The notes under the pieces were generated by a model, which saw nothing but the letters and a program-made list of their open reading frames with translations, was not told the origin of the DNA and ran no database searches. A stretch of DNA of 64,000 nucleotides from NCBI GenBank assembly GCA_964016885.1, contig CAXHJY010001547.1, forward strand, positions 62,001 through 126,000, written 5' to 3'. Source of the DNA: Eledone cirrhosa (Eukaryota). Within the stretch, counting starts at the first letter, position 1. Every line of letters starts with the position of its first letter. Shown here in pieces: positions 14,198 to 26,588 of this stretch. Both the position numbers and the translations under genes were made by a program.

Positions 14198-14399
14198 AGA
14201 GAGAGAGAGGGGTAAAATCCCGACTGCGGCGCCAAGCGGTTTTAGGTTATATGGCAAAGCCGAAACCGCTTCGTACTGTCGTCAGGATTTTTCACATATG
14301 TATACCTAGTCTGCATCTCCCCATACATCGAGTACTCCCAGCCTGAGCGCCGTAGGCTCCCACCTCTCTCTCCCTCTCACCCCCTCTCTCTACCTCACC

Positions 14400-14586
<187 letters not shown>

Positions 14587-14838
14587 CTGAAAAGTTTCGT
14601 GAAATCGTCTTGATTTTATTTTGAATTGAGATTGTATTGCTTTTTTCCCAACTTACACAAAGTTTTGATGACAAAGTTTTTCTTCTTTATTTGTTTTGAA
14701 TTAAGATTGTATTACTTTTTCCCTCGTCTTACATTAAATATTTGTTCATCTTGATGGTAGTCACTTATATACTTGAATTATTGTTGGCATTTTGCATTAA
14801 TTTTATTTTCATTTATTTTCATTTATATATTTATTTTC

Positions 14839-14884
<46 letters not shown>

Positions 14885-14885
<1 letters not shown>

Positions 14886-15077
14886 TCAGAGCAAACAGCA
14901 CGGACACTCTATCTCAAAATTATTTTTGAAAAGCATTTAGAAATGCGCAACCGGTAAAAACTTAAAAACTTAAAACCACAACTGAATACTAACCCATACA
15001 ATCACTAATACTCTTTTATTCCTAATTAAACCATTTTTCAACTGTGAACAATTTGTCAGCATTTTCTATTCCGTTTA

Positions 15078-15081
<4 letters not shown>
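14885..15081 (-). mobile_element. Dispersed repeat in TA tracts (probable PLE pLTR)
   Basis: Near-identical to 20664-20843 and related to 21147-21300 and 36085-36237; the 21147 copy adjoins a hammerhead. Confidence 0.6.
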
Positions 15082-15110
<29 letters not shown>

Positions 15111-15118
<8 letters not shown>

Positions 15119-15826
15119 CTGTGGTTGTCTGTCTGTCTATCGATTTTTGGCACACATCTCCTCTTAGAATCTCTGACGGAATTGCATCGAAATTGCTATA
15201 CTTGTACATTGAGCCCTAGCGAAGACATCGGAAAAAAAATATTTCAAATTGACCCACCCTAAGTGACGAAATCGAATCTAATGTATCGATTTTTGAGCGT
15301 AAGTGACGAGTTATTTCCCTTTGTTCTGTTTACATTGAGCGTCTTACGTTCTGTTTACATTTTCTGCGTGCAAAAAGTAAAAAAATTACGCTGGCTTTCT
15401 CAGCGTTTAAAATGACATTAACACAATACACGAACAGTTGTCGAGCCATCAAAATTTTGACCTGCAAAATTCATCAGTTCGAACACTAAGCTTCCGTTTT
15501 GCTTCATTTCCATTTAAAAGCCTTTTGAAACAATATTTTTACTTGAAAACAAGTCTATTTAAAGACTACGCAAAACAAGCAAATATTTCGTAAAAAAAAG
15601 CAAAAATTATATAAGTTTATTTAAAATATATGTATCTGTAAATTTCGTTAGGCGTGCAGACAGACAGTCGTGCAGACAGACAGTCGTGCAGACAGACAGT
15701 CGTGCAGACAGACAGTCGTGCAGACAGACAGTCGTGCAGACAGACTTTAAGCCAAGAAAGAAACTTAACATTGTAACTTTAACACAGCTACTGAGCGACC
15801 CCGAGCAACGCCGGGCTTTACTGCTA

Positions 15827-15827
<1 letters not shown>
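15111..15827 (+). mobile_element. Non-autonomous Helitron
   Basis: 5' ...tataaagctg start in TA tract; subterminal hairpin cccg-agcaacgc-cggg (15800-15815), then CTAG followed by T; internal 16-bp repeat gtgcagacagacagtc. Confidence 0.75.
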
Positions 15828-15880
<53 letters not shown>

Positions 15881-15882
<2 letters not shown>

Positions 15883-16334
15883 CGTTTCTGAATTTGTTTA
15901 GCAAGATTCTTTATCTGAAAACGTGTGTTGAAACCGATATTGTTATACTTTGGGAGGGTCATGTTGCCAATAAGAAACACACGCACCAGTTGCTTTCACT
16001 TCAATTTATTATAAATTAAATTTATAAATTTCCGGTTGGTTGGTTGGTTCCACAACCAGACGATTGTTCATATATTGTCAAAGTGTCCTACGCCATCTTG
16101 TTTTTCACAAGATGGCGTAGGACAGAACAAAGGAGAGACACAAAAACAAAGAAAAGAATCCCCAGTCACTGAAGAGGTCACAGAATGTGTGACGAAAGAA
16201 CTTTGACAATATATGAACAATCGTCTGGTTGTGGAACCAACCAACCGGAAATTTATAAATTTAATTTATAATAAATTGAAGTGAAACAACTGGTGCGTGT
16301 GTTTCTTATTGGCAACATGACCCTCCCAAAGTAT

Positions 16335-16340
<6 letters not shown>
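15881..16340 (+). mobile_element. PLE pLTR fold-back insertion (family A) in (TA)n
   Basis: Long inverted arms; matches the 3' end of the PLE at 59254-60700. Confidence 0.85.
16165..16207 (+). ncRNA. Type I minimal hammerhead (family A)
   Basis: gtca-CTGAAGA-g-gtcac/agaatgt/gtgac-GAAA-gaac-TT-tgac. Confidence 0.75.
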
Positions 16341-16377
<37 letters not shown>

Positions 16378-16876
16378 CGTCCAATAAATTTTATTCGTCG
16401 CCACACTGATTCTCCGTTTCTTATGTGATATATATATAGCAAGTGTAAAAATATAACTCTGTTTGTATGTAGAGATCTATATAAGAACATATTGCCAAAT
16501 ATTTTTATACACGGTTCAGTGTGTTAATGTGGTTATGGATGTAAGATATGAAAGATATTCTTATGGTAAAAAATACAAAAAGATAAATGTAAACACGGAA
16601 CATATCTAACCAAAGTAAAAGATAGAATAAGGTTGAGTGTTTCCAGCCATCATTACATTATAATGTAAACTCCAATGCCCTGTATCTTACCCTAGAAGGC
16701 TGGTCTGTATTTTATTTTTCTGCTTATTTTGTCTCTGAAGAGGTTTTGACAATTTTCTTTGAACATGTTACACACAATTTTATTCCACCTTCTTGACTCA
16801 CAGTATAATGACCGATAGAAACACCAAAGTAATTGCAAGGTATTAAATGAGTTGAGGACCTTTTTCTATTTCTTTG

Positions 16877-16957
<81 letters not shown>

Positions 16958-16962
<5 letters not shown>

Positions 16963-17470
16963 AAACCTTATAACTATATTTTGCTGATACGAATCTCGCT
17001 TCGTTTCACCACTTATATGTGAAGTATCAGGTCAGTGATTTCGCCCTACTCTGGCCAGCATGTCTATTAGCAATCTCTCTATCCATGAGGTTAGATGTGT
17101 AGTGTTCAGCGTTCGCATTTGCTGACTGAGGATCCTGTGACCTGATACTTCACATATAAATGGTGAAACGAAGCGAGATTCGTATCAGCAAAATATAGTT
17201 ATAAGGTTTGTGATTTAAAACTCTAATTCAGAGATTTGATTCTGAATTGGTTTTTTCTATTTAATTGCTAACCTGTAGATATTGTTCTCTATACAGTAAC
17301 GGTAAAATCACTTGTAACAAATATTTACACACATCTCACCGTGTAACACACTTCTCTTTGTGTAATATATACTTGCATTTGAGCTCAGAAGGAAATTCTC
17401 TATTCTTCTTTAGCTAATACTATTATTATTATTATTACAGTGAACTGCGGAATACTCTTAATTCCGATCT
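16958..17470 (+). mobile_element. PLE pLTR with 5' inverted segment
   Basis: 16958-17034 is the near reverse complement of 17138-17214; flanked by (TA)n. Confidence 0.7.
17118..17192 (+). ncRNA. Type I hammerhead ribozyme
   Basis: tttgctga-CTGAGGA-stem II-GAAA-cgaa/gcgaga/ttcg-TA-tcagcaaa; 8-bp stem I, GUA site. Confidence 0.8.
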
Positions 17471-17471
17471 T

Positions 17472-17518
<47 letters not shown>

Positions 17519-17766
17519 TTGAGGTCATTTAATTGCAGGATTATACAGAGTCCTTTGCTCCGTTATTTTAATATATATATATATATATATATAAATAACT
17601 GATGAAGGTTGATACCCAGGAATATTAGTGTCTGCAGTTCTGTTTACATGCCAACACAAGAGCAAGAATGAAGGGTTCATTCTACTGACATGGCATTAAA
17701 AATGAGGCTTGTTTGCATAATTGCAAACGAACCGAATGCTACTATTAATATTCGAAAAACTCAGAT

Positions 17767-17799
<33 letters not shown>

Positions 17800-17804
<5 letters not shown>

Positions 17805-18548
17805 TCTGAATTTGTTTAGCAAGATTCTTTATCTGAAATCGTGTGTAAAACCGATATTGGGAGGGTCATGTTGCCAATAAGAAACACACGCACCAGTTAC
17901 TTTCACTTCAATTTATTATATATTTATAAATTTATAAATTTACAAATCTACAAACTTATAAATTTCTGGTTGGTTGGTTGGTTCCACAACCAGACAGCTG
18001 TCTATATATAGTCACAGTTCCTTCGTCACACACTCCGTGACCCCTTCAGTGACCGGGGACTCCCCTCCCCACTTCTGTGCCTCTCCCTTGTTCTGTCAGA
18101 AACAAAATGGCGTAGGACAGAACAAAGGAGAGGCACAGAAACAAAGAAAGGAATCCCCAGCCACCGAAGAGGTCACAGAGTGTGTGACGAAAGAACCATG
18201 ACAATATACAAACAACCATCTGGTTGTGGAACCAACCAACCAACCAGAAATTTATAAATTTATTATAAATTTATTATAACAAATTGAAGTGAAAGCAACT
18301 GGTGCGCGTGCTTCCCATTGGCAACATGACCCTCCCCAAGTACAACAATATCGGTTTCAACACGAAAGAACCATGACAATATACAAACAACCATCTGGTT
18401 GTGGAACCAACCAACCAACCAACCAGAAATTTATAAGTTTGTAGATTTGTAAATTTATAAATTTATAAATATATAATAAATTGAAGTGAAACAACTGGTG
18501 CGTGTGTTTCTTATTGGTAACATGACCCTCCCAAAGTATAACAATATA
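17800..18548 (+). mobile_element. Family A pLTR inverted plus tandem insertion, hypermutated
   Basis: Inverted arm ~17800-18097, sense arm ~18100-18364, partial tandem copy 18365-18548; hammerhead cores mutated. Confidence 0.85.
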
Positions 18549-19229
18549 CGTTGAAAGTGATATGTATACAGCAGATTCTAAGGATAGTGATATGTATACA
18601 TATATAATATACGTTGAAAGTGATATGTATACAGCAGATTCTAAGGATAGTGTATGAAGTGGAGGAGGGAGGTTATAGAATAGGTAAATCGAATGAGAGT
18701 AGGAGACAATACAAGATAATAGAAAGAAATAAAAAAATATATAAAATTAGATAGTGAGAAATGAAAAAAAAAATCGCAATGCTATCTTACAAATACATGT
18801 TAATAAGTTGAGAATAGAAAAAAATTATAGAAATTGAGTAGTACAAAACTGATACAAAAATAAAAGGGGTTTAACACGTCTGCTATAAGTAGTTAGTAAA
18901 ACGTATTCGGCCAATTCTATCTTAAAATTACAGGGGTGGGGGAACTGATGCTACAGAGGCCCGATGAGCTGCATCGGGGTAGGCGAAAGGGGAAAAGCAG
19001 ACGAGGAAGAAAATAGGGGGTGGAAGGAAGTGATAGGATGAGACAGGGGGAAGAAGAAGACAATGAGGAAAAGAAAAGAAAAGAGATATGTCTACCTATG
19101 TAAGCTGGGGTTTCCCCTAACTTATTCGGCAAGTGTGTGTGTGTGTGTGGGGGGGGGGGTATCAGCTCTTGTCTACCCACCCGGGTCGTTATGGGTTTGA
19201 GGGCGAGGTAAGTCCTATGCAATCTGTGT

Positions 19230-19355
19230 TTGCATGCGGTTACCAGTTTGACATAGAGAGTTACTATGCATCTATTGCCTTACCGCTCCTTACCACCGCC
19301 TTGGACTTTGCCGAAACACTCACACCCATCACTGACCAGGAAAGAACCCAAACTC
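19230..19355 (+). pseudogene. Short PLE reverse transcriptase fragment
   Basis: YQFDIESYYASIALPLLTTALDFAETLTPITDQER resembles PLE RT motif 3 (FDIxxFYPSI...LLxxALxFA). Confidence 0.55.
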
Positions 19356-19384
19356 TAGATCACAAACCCAAACTCTAGATCAAT

Positions 19385-19678
19385 TCGCTCTCTAATTAGT
19401 TGCTCTATACCTCTTTCTGTGACCTTCATGACCTGCTCAACTAATGCCTCTATAGTTTCCCCTATCTAGAGCATCTCCTTTACCCTTGTAGCAGTTAATG
19501 ATGAGGCAGCTACGCCAGTCTTTTGGTATGACCCCATTCTGTATTACTTGGTTTACTATGCGGGTGACCATAGTATGTCCCACCATTCCAGATGCCTTCA
19601 ACATCTCAGCAACTATCTTCGAAGGCCCAGCTGCCTTGCATGTCTTCATATCTTTGATTGCCTTACTTATTATACTAC
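19385..19678 (-). pseudogene. RTE-clade LINE RT fragment
   Basis: ORF 19437-19649: KAAGPSKIVAEMLK...IPKDWRSCLIINCYKGKGDALDRGNYRGIS. Confidence 0.85.
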
Positions 19679-19748
<70 letters not shown>

Positions 19749-19784
19749 GAAGTCAGATTTGCAGCTTGTTATGAAACTTTATTT

Positions 19785-19870
19785 CATATTACAATTGTTT
19801 CGATATCGATCAGGTCAGGTTTGATCAGGCGATTGGATCCCGACTATGAATCGACATCTCTTCAGATATG
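19785..19870 (-). ncRNA. Type I hammerhead with extended stem II
   Basis: catat-CTGAAGA-gatgtcgat...atcgatatc-GAAA-caattg-TA-atatg; palindromic stem III. Confidence 0.8.
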
Positions 19871-20279
19871 CGAGTTTACATATGTTCCATGTTCGTATTA
19901 TATACAAGTAATTGGGTTCAGGCGGGTGGGAAATGGCAGTGGGTAGAGGGAGAACAGTAAATTTTTAATTAAATATCACAGAAATGAAGAATCGTCAAGA
20001 ATTATAAAGAATTGTAAAGCTGGTCTATGGGAATGGTATAGATGGTATTTGACGAAAGTATAAATAGCAAAATTGAAAGGGGAAAGGTTTGGGGGAGGGG
20101 GAAAGAGAAGAAATATATAAATTAGTGCACCTATTTGCACTACATGTATCGTTTCTAAATTCCTGCATTCAAGTGTGTATTGTGGAATATTTAATGAGTT
20201 TGTGGAATTTAAAGAATTGTTTCAAAATATCCATTGGGTGATGGCTATGCATTGTATACACACACATGCACACACATAC

Positions 20280-20322
<43 letters not shown>

Positions 20323-20392
20323 CACACACACACACACGCGCGCGCGCGCACGCGCACGCACACACACCCATGCACACACACACGCGCGCGCG

Positions 20393-20499
<107 letters not shown>

Positions 20500-20527
20500 A
20501 GACACACACACACACAGAGAAACACAA

Positions 20528-20670
<143 letters not shown>

Positions 20671-20839
20671 CAAACATCACGGACGCTCTATCTCAAAATT
20701 ATTTTTGAAAAGCATTAGAAATGCGCAACCGGTAAAAACCAAAACTCAATACTAACCAATACTATTACTAATTCTCACTTATTCCTAATTAAACTGTTTT
20801 TCACTGTGAACAATTTGTCAGCATTTTCTATTCCGTTTA

Positions 20840-20938
<99 letters not shown>

Positions 20939-21074
20939 TATGTATTAATAAACACAGTAAATCGTGTGTTTAAAATTACGAGGATTGTAAACCACATTTG
21001 TTTGAAATATTTAACGATGAAACAGACAGAAAATATATAAGATAAATATACAGACCGCCTCAATAACTATTATA

Positions 21075-21156
21075 TCTCCCGGACAGATTAGGGATTAATC
21101 TGTTTCGCCCTGAGTGTGTTTGTAACAGATAATCCTTGGGCATCATCAGCGAGAGA
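21075..21156 (-). ncRNA. Type I hammerhead with full stem III
   Basis: tctctcg-CTGATGA-tgccc...gggc-GAAA-cagatta/atccc/taatctg-TC-cgggaga; GUC site. Confidence 0.85.
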
Positions 21157-21359
21157 AAACCACAAACCCTCCATCTCAATTCTACTTTTGAAAAGCAGAA
21201 GAACTGCGAAACCGGTAAAGGAACCAAATAAATATATATTTAAAAAAAAAAGACTCCAGTTCCATTTTCGATTTCATCTTTTTTCCTTATACTTTCACTC
21301 GTTTAGAACAGCTCGTTTTTTTTTTTATTTTGTAAAAAAAACCTCACTTTCTAATAATT

Positions 21360-21418
<59 letters not shown>

Positions 21419-21480
21419 AGTATTTCTGTAGAAAAAGTAAAGGAAAGAAGAGTGCTCTATGTATAGTACAGAGGTATTTA

Positions 21481-21672
21481 ATTACATAATAAACAACATA
21501 ATATAATTATTCCATTACCAAAGGTTTCAGGAAACTAGATGATTCTTACAGAAACGTCTAGCTAGTTTAACAGATAATTTTTAAATTAACGAGCTGGACG
21601 TTTCTGCAAGAATCGTCTAGTTTCCTGAAACCTTTGGTAATGGAATAATTATATTGTGTTGTTTATTATGTA

Positions 21673-21674
<2 letters not shown>
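21481..21674. repeat. Near-perfect palindrome (~85-bp arms), probable PLE fold-back
   Basis: attacataataaacaac... is the reverse complement of ...gttgtttattatgtaat; ends at (TA)n. Confidence 0.75.
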
Positions 21675-21717
<43 letters not shown>

Positions 21718-23469
21718 TAAGAATAAAGTAACAAAGAGTCAGTGTTGCATCATAACATATTTAATAACATATTACATATGTTTCATTGTTGATCAGCTCG
21801 AGGAACGATTGATTAATGATCGAACCTGACTCTGGAATCGAAAGATCTTCAATATGCCTCAGTAATTTTCTTTCACCTATACACCTATATATATATATAT
21901 ATATATACAAACCATATGCACATGCACACATGTAGATACAATGTATATGCACATGCACACATAAAACTCAAAACATCCACATCCACACATACAATAACAT
22001 CCATACAGGCACATGTGCATGCAGACATGCATTCATATCTACCTAGTTGATGTGTAAATTCCAATGAGAGAGTCTTGTATCTATGTTAGAAACCGACTCT
22101 CTCTCTATTGGTAAACATTTGTGAAATTATAAAACCAGAACATACATACATGATGGCTGCCCCCTCGTTATCGAGTATGGCCATTGCACGATATACCATT
22201 ATTAATAATTATTAATTAATTCTATCGTGCAATGCCTGTGCGTGAAGATATTTTTTAAAGTGAGGAAAGACTGTGCACTGAGCCAATCCCACTCTCTGAG
22301 CGAGAGTAGCTATAACCCGAAAAGAAGAAAAGATCAACATCATCGGTAACTACTGAGCCGCAGGTTTTATATCGCAGTTATCCCAGTTTCCTGAGATGCC
22401 TTCTCCTAGAAGAATGCCCTGACAAAGGCTAGGGGTCCTTCACTCCCAGTGGTTTAACCGTGCGATCGGGTGTCCAGCCTGACTATTTTATGTCCTCGCG
22501 CATATACATACACTTGCACACATGCATATGCATATATACATATACATATACATATACATATGTACATGTGTATATACATATTTACACACTTTTGGATGAC
22601 CGTTGAGTTCTTCCACCCTTTGTCAGGTTTTTTTTTTGTCCTACTGGGTGTCCAAAATCACCCTCCTCACAAAGTAAACTCGGTGGGGTTGCCGGTTTAG
22701 TCACCGACGACCCGACCATGCGACAGGCTGTACTGGGTTACATATTACCAGTAGCACTCAAGAGTGACCCGACATAACATACATACATAAAACATACATT
22801 CATATATACATACATATATATATATATATATACATAAATACACTCATATATACATGATGGCTGCAAACTCTGCTGAGCGTATGGTAATCACTTGTCAGAT
22901 TATAGAGTTTGGTGCATTGTTAGGCTACGGCCAGCCACACAAACCTGTAACAGATCCTGAACAAGCAATGCCTGTACGTTGAAGGTTTTTTTTAAGTGGG
23001 GAAATGCCTTGCACTCGCCCTATCCCACTCTCTGAGTATAGAAAACACTACCTGAAAAGGAGAACTGGTCAACATCTTCGGATGATTCCGAAGCCACAGG
23101 TTTTTTTTTGCTTTTTTTCAGAGTTTCCCTCACCTAGAAAGGTGTTGTGACAACAACTGGGGGCCTTTCACTCACAGGTAAAAAAAAGGTACTATTTGGA
23201 TGGCCGTTGACTCTGCTGAGTCCCTCCGCCCTTTGCCGGGTCTTGTATTTCATTCCGCAGGGTGTCCAAATATCACCCTCCACACCAAGCTAGCTTGGTG
23301 GGGTTGCCGGTTTAGTCGCATATATACATACATACTCACATACATATATACATGCATGCATACATACATAAATACATATATACATACATACATACATATA
23401 TACATATATGCACACATACTTACACACATGCACACATATATAAATACATACATACATATATTGAACAGT

Positions 23470-23776
23470 GGAAGGCACTCCGTCGGTTACGACGACGATT
23501 GTTCCAGTTGATCCGATCAACGGAACAGCCTGCTCGTGAATTTAACGTGCAAGTGGCTGAGCATTCCACAAACATGCATACCCTTAACGTAGTTCTCAGG
23601 GAGATTCAATGTGACAAGGCTGGTCCTTCGAATTACAACTCATTGTTGCCAGCTGAGTAAACTATTGCAACATGAAATAAAGTGTCTTGCTCAAGGACAA
23701 AATGCGCCGCCGGGAATCGAACTTTCGACCTTACGGTTGTGAGCCGAATTCCCTAACCACAAAGCCATCCGCCTTC
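23470..23776 (-). mobile_element. Full-length tRNA-derived SINE
   Basis: Minus strand begins gaaggcggatggctttgtggttaggg (A box)...gttcgattccc (B box); body shared with 29600-29775 and 41690-41820. Confidence 0.85.
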
Positions 23777-23780
23777 ACAG

Positions 23781-23823
23781 AAATATGGAACGCTTCTCGA
23801 ATTTGCGTGTCATCCTTGCGCAG
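23781..23823 (-). pseudogene. U6: U6 snRNA 3'-half retrocopy
   Basis: CTGCGCAAGGATGACACGCAAATTCGAGAAGCGTTCCATATTT differs at one of 43 nt from the conserved metazoan U6 3' end as I recall it. Confidence 0.9.
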
Positions 23824-24292
23824 TATTTGAACAGTAATACATAATTTATTAACTAAGAAAACTTTAAGATCATTTAACAAGTTTCCACATTATTGGAGGG
23901 GTTTAAGCCCTTAGCGCCGGACAGCTTATCAAGGACACAAACGTGGTGCCTTCACAATGAACTAATACGCAGATTATACAGTGGACATACATACATACAG
24001 TAAAAATATGTAAAACATTCCAAAAATGTTGCAACTAATAACTGCATATACACACGTACAGATACAAAGCATATGCACATGCACACATACAACTCAAAAC
24101 ATCCACATCCACACATACAATAACATCCATATCTACACATGCATGCATACATACATATCTACCTAGTTGATGTTGTGTAAATTCCAATGAGAGAGTCTTG
24201 TGTCTATGTTAGAATCCGACTCTCTCTCTATTGGCAAACATTTGTGAAATTATAAAACCAGAAGAACATACACACACGCGCACACACACACG

Positions 24293-24341
<49 letters not shown>

Positions 24342-24444
24342 ACTAGGTCCCGTAACTCCTGATGGTGTCACAGGGACGCCGTAGTGACATACGGCGTTAC
24401 TTGGGCATTTTAAGCCTGGTGGGCCCATCCCTCTCTAGGCCTAA

Positions 24445-24650
24445 GGTTGTGAGTTCAAATCTCGGACCGGGTGATGTGTTGTTTCCTTGAGCAAGACACT
24501 TTATTTCACGTTGCTCCAGTTTACTCAGCTGCAGAAATGAGATGATAGGACTGGGGTCCCTATCATTAAATTACCCAAGACACCTCCAACGAGATATACC
24601 TTGGAGGAGGCCAGCTAAATCTGCATAGGTGTGAGCTGTCACAACACACA
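24445..24650 (+). mobile_element. tRNA-SINE, 5' truncated
   Basis: ggttgtgagttcaaat...cataggtgtgagctgtcac; same family as 38078-38758 and 41832-42068. Confidence 0.8.
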
Positions 24651-24929
24651 CAATGGGAAGAAGGTATTCTATTTTGTTCTACTCTCTTGGATGCGGGGGA
24701 CCCCTCGCTAAAGTCCTAGGCACCATAATCAGAACCATACGGACCTATTTTCATCTTGGGCCACTATCCTAAAATTAAATACAGATGGTATGGTATGGTC
24801 CTGTAACTCCTGATGGTGTCGCAGGGACGCCATAGTGACATACGGCGTTACTTGGGCATTTTAACCCTGGTGGATCCCATCCCGCTCCAGGCCTAAGTAC
24901 AGCAGATTTCTTCCAGAGAGAGGAAGAAT

Positions 24930-26400
24930 CGACTCCAGTACAAGGCTGATACTTTTTCTTATCGACCTCGAGAGGATTAAAGGCAAAGTTGACCTCGGCA
25001 GGATTTGAACTCAGAGAGTAGAGAGACGGAACGAATACCAAAAAGAATTCTGTCTGACGTTCTAACCACTCTACCATTCTATCAGACGTTCTAACCACTC
25101 TACCATTCTATCTGACGCTCTAACGATTTACCATTCTATCTGACGTTCTAACCACTCTACCATTCTATCTGACGTTCTAACCACTCTACCATTCTATCTG
25201 ACGTTCTAACCACTCTACCATTCTGTCTGACGTTCTAACCACTCTACCATTCTGTCTGACGTTCTAAGCACTCTACCATTCTATCTGACGTTCTAACCAC
25301 TCTACCATTCTATCTGACGTTCTAAGCACTCTACCATTCTGTCTGACGTTCTAACCACTCTAGCATTCTATCTAACGTTCTAACCACTCTAGCATTCTAT
25401 CTGACGTTCTAACCACTCTACCATTCTGTCTGACGTTCTAACCACTCTAGCATTCTATCTGACGTTCTAAAGACTCTACCATTCTGTCTAACGTTCTAAC
25501 CACTCTACCATTCTGTCTGACGTTCTAAGCACTCTACCATTCTATCTGACGTTCTAAGCACTCTACCATTCCCTCTGACGTTCTAACCACTCTAGCATTC
25601 TATCTGACGTTCTAACCACTCTACCATTCTGTCTGACATTCTAACGACTACCATTCTGTCTGATGTTCTAACCACTCTACCATTCTATCTGACGTTCTAA
25701 CGACTACCATTCTGTCTGACGTTCTAACCACTCTACCATTCTATCTGACGTTCTAAGCACTCTACCATTCCCTCTGACGTTCTAACCACTCTAGCATTCT
25801 ATCTGACGTTCTAACCACTCTACCATTCTGTCTGACATTCTAACGACTACCATTCTGTCTGATGTTCTAACCACTCTACCATTCTATCTGACGTTCTAAC
25901 GACTACCATTCTGTCTGACGTTCTAACCACTCTACCATTCTATCTGACGTTCTAAAGACTACCATTCTATCTGACGTTCTAAAGACTACCATTCTGTCTG
26001 ACGTTCTAACCACACTACCATTCTATCTGACGTTCCAAAGACTACCATTCTATTTGACGTTCTAACGACTACCATTCTGTCTGACGTTCTAACCACTCTA
26101 CCATTCTATCTGACGTTCTAAAGACTACCATTCTGTCTGACGTTCTAACCACTCTACCATTCTATCTGACGTTCTAAAAACTACCATTCTGTCTGACGTT
26201 CTAACCACTCTATCATTCTGTCTGACCTTCTAACCACTCTACCATTCTATCTGACGTTCTAACCACTCTACCATTCTGTCTGACGTTCTAACCACTCTAC
26301 CATTCAGTCCGACGTTCTAACCACTCTACCATTCTATCTGACGTTCTAACCACTCTACCATTCTGTCTGACGTTCTAACGACACTCCAAATTGACCGCCT
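24930..26400 (-). mobile_element. tRNA-SINE with an internal 27/29-bp minisatellite expansion (25049-26381)
   Basis: SINE body 24930-25048 with B box gagttcaaatcc; head aggcggt at 26400; repeat unit agaatggtagagtggttagaacgtcagac. Confidence 0.8.
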
Positions 26401-26409
26401 ACATACAGA

Positions 26410-26513
26410 TAAGGTGAACTAAATTATCACTGATAAAATAGAATATCACAAAGGTATATTTCAAGGGGACAGATTATCTGTGATGATATATATTTATATA
26501 TATCTTATGTCCC

Positions 26514-26588
<75 letters not shown>

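Noticed and set aside
22040-22145. Hammerhead-like motif (also ~24170-24260 and ~30998-31051)
   Set aside because: Cores read CCAATGA or CTAATGA and stems are not convincing; at best decayed
23700-23776. tRNA gene
   Set aside because: A/B boxes belong to a SINE head continuing into a repeated SINE body; no full cloverleaf
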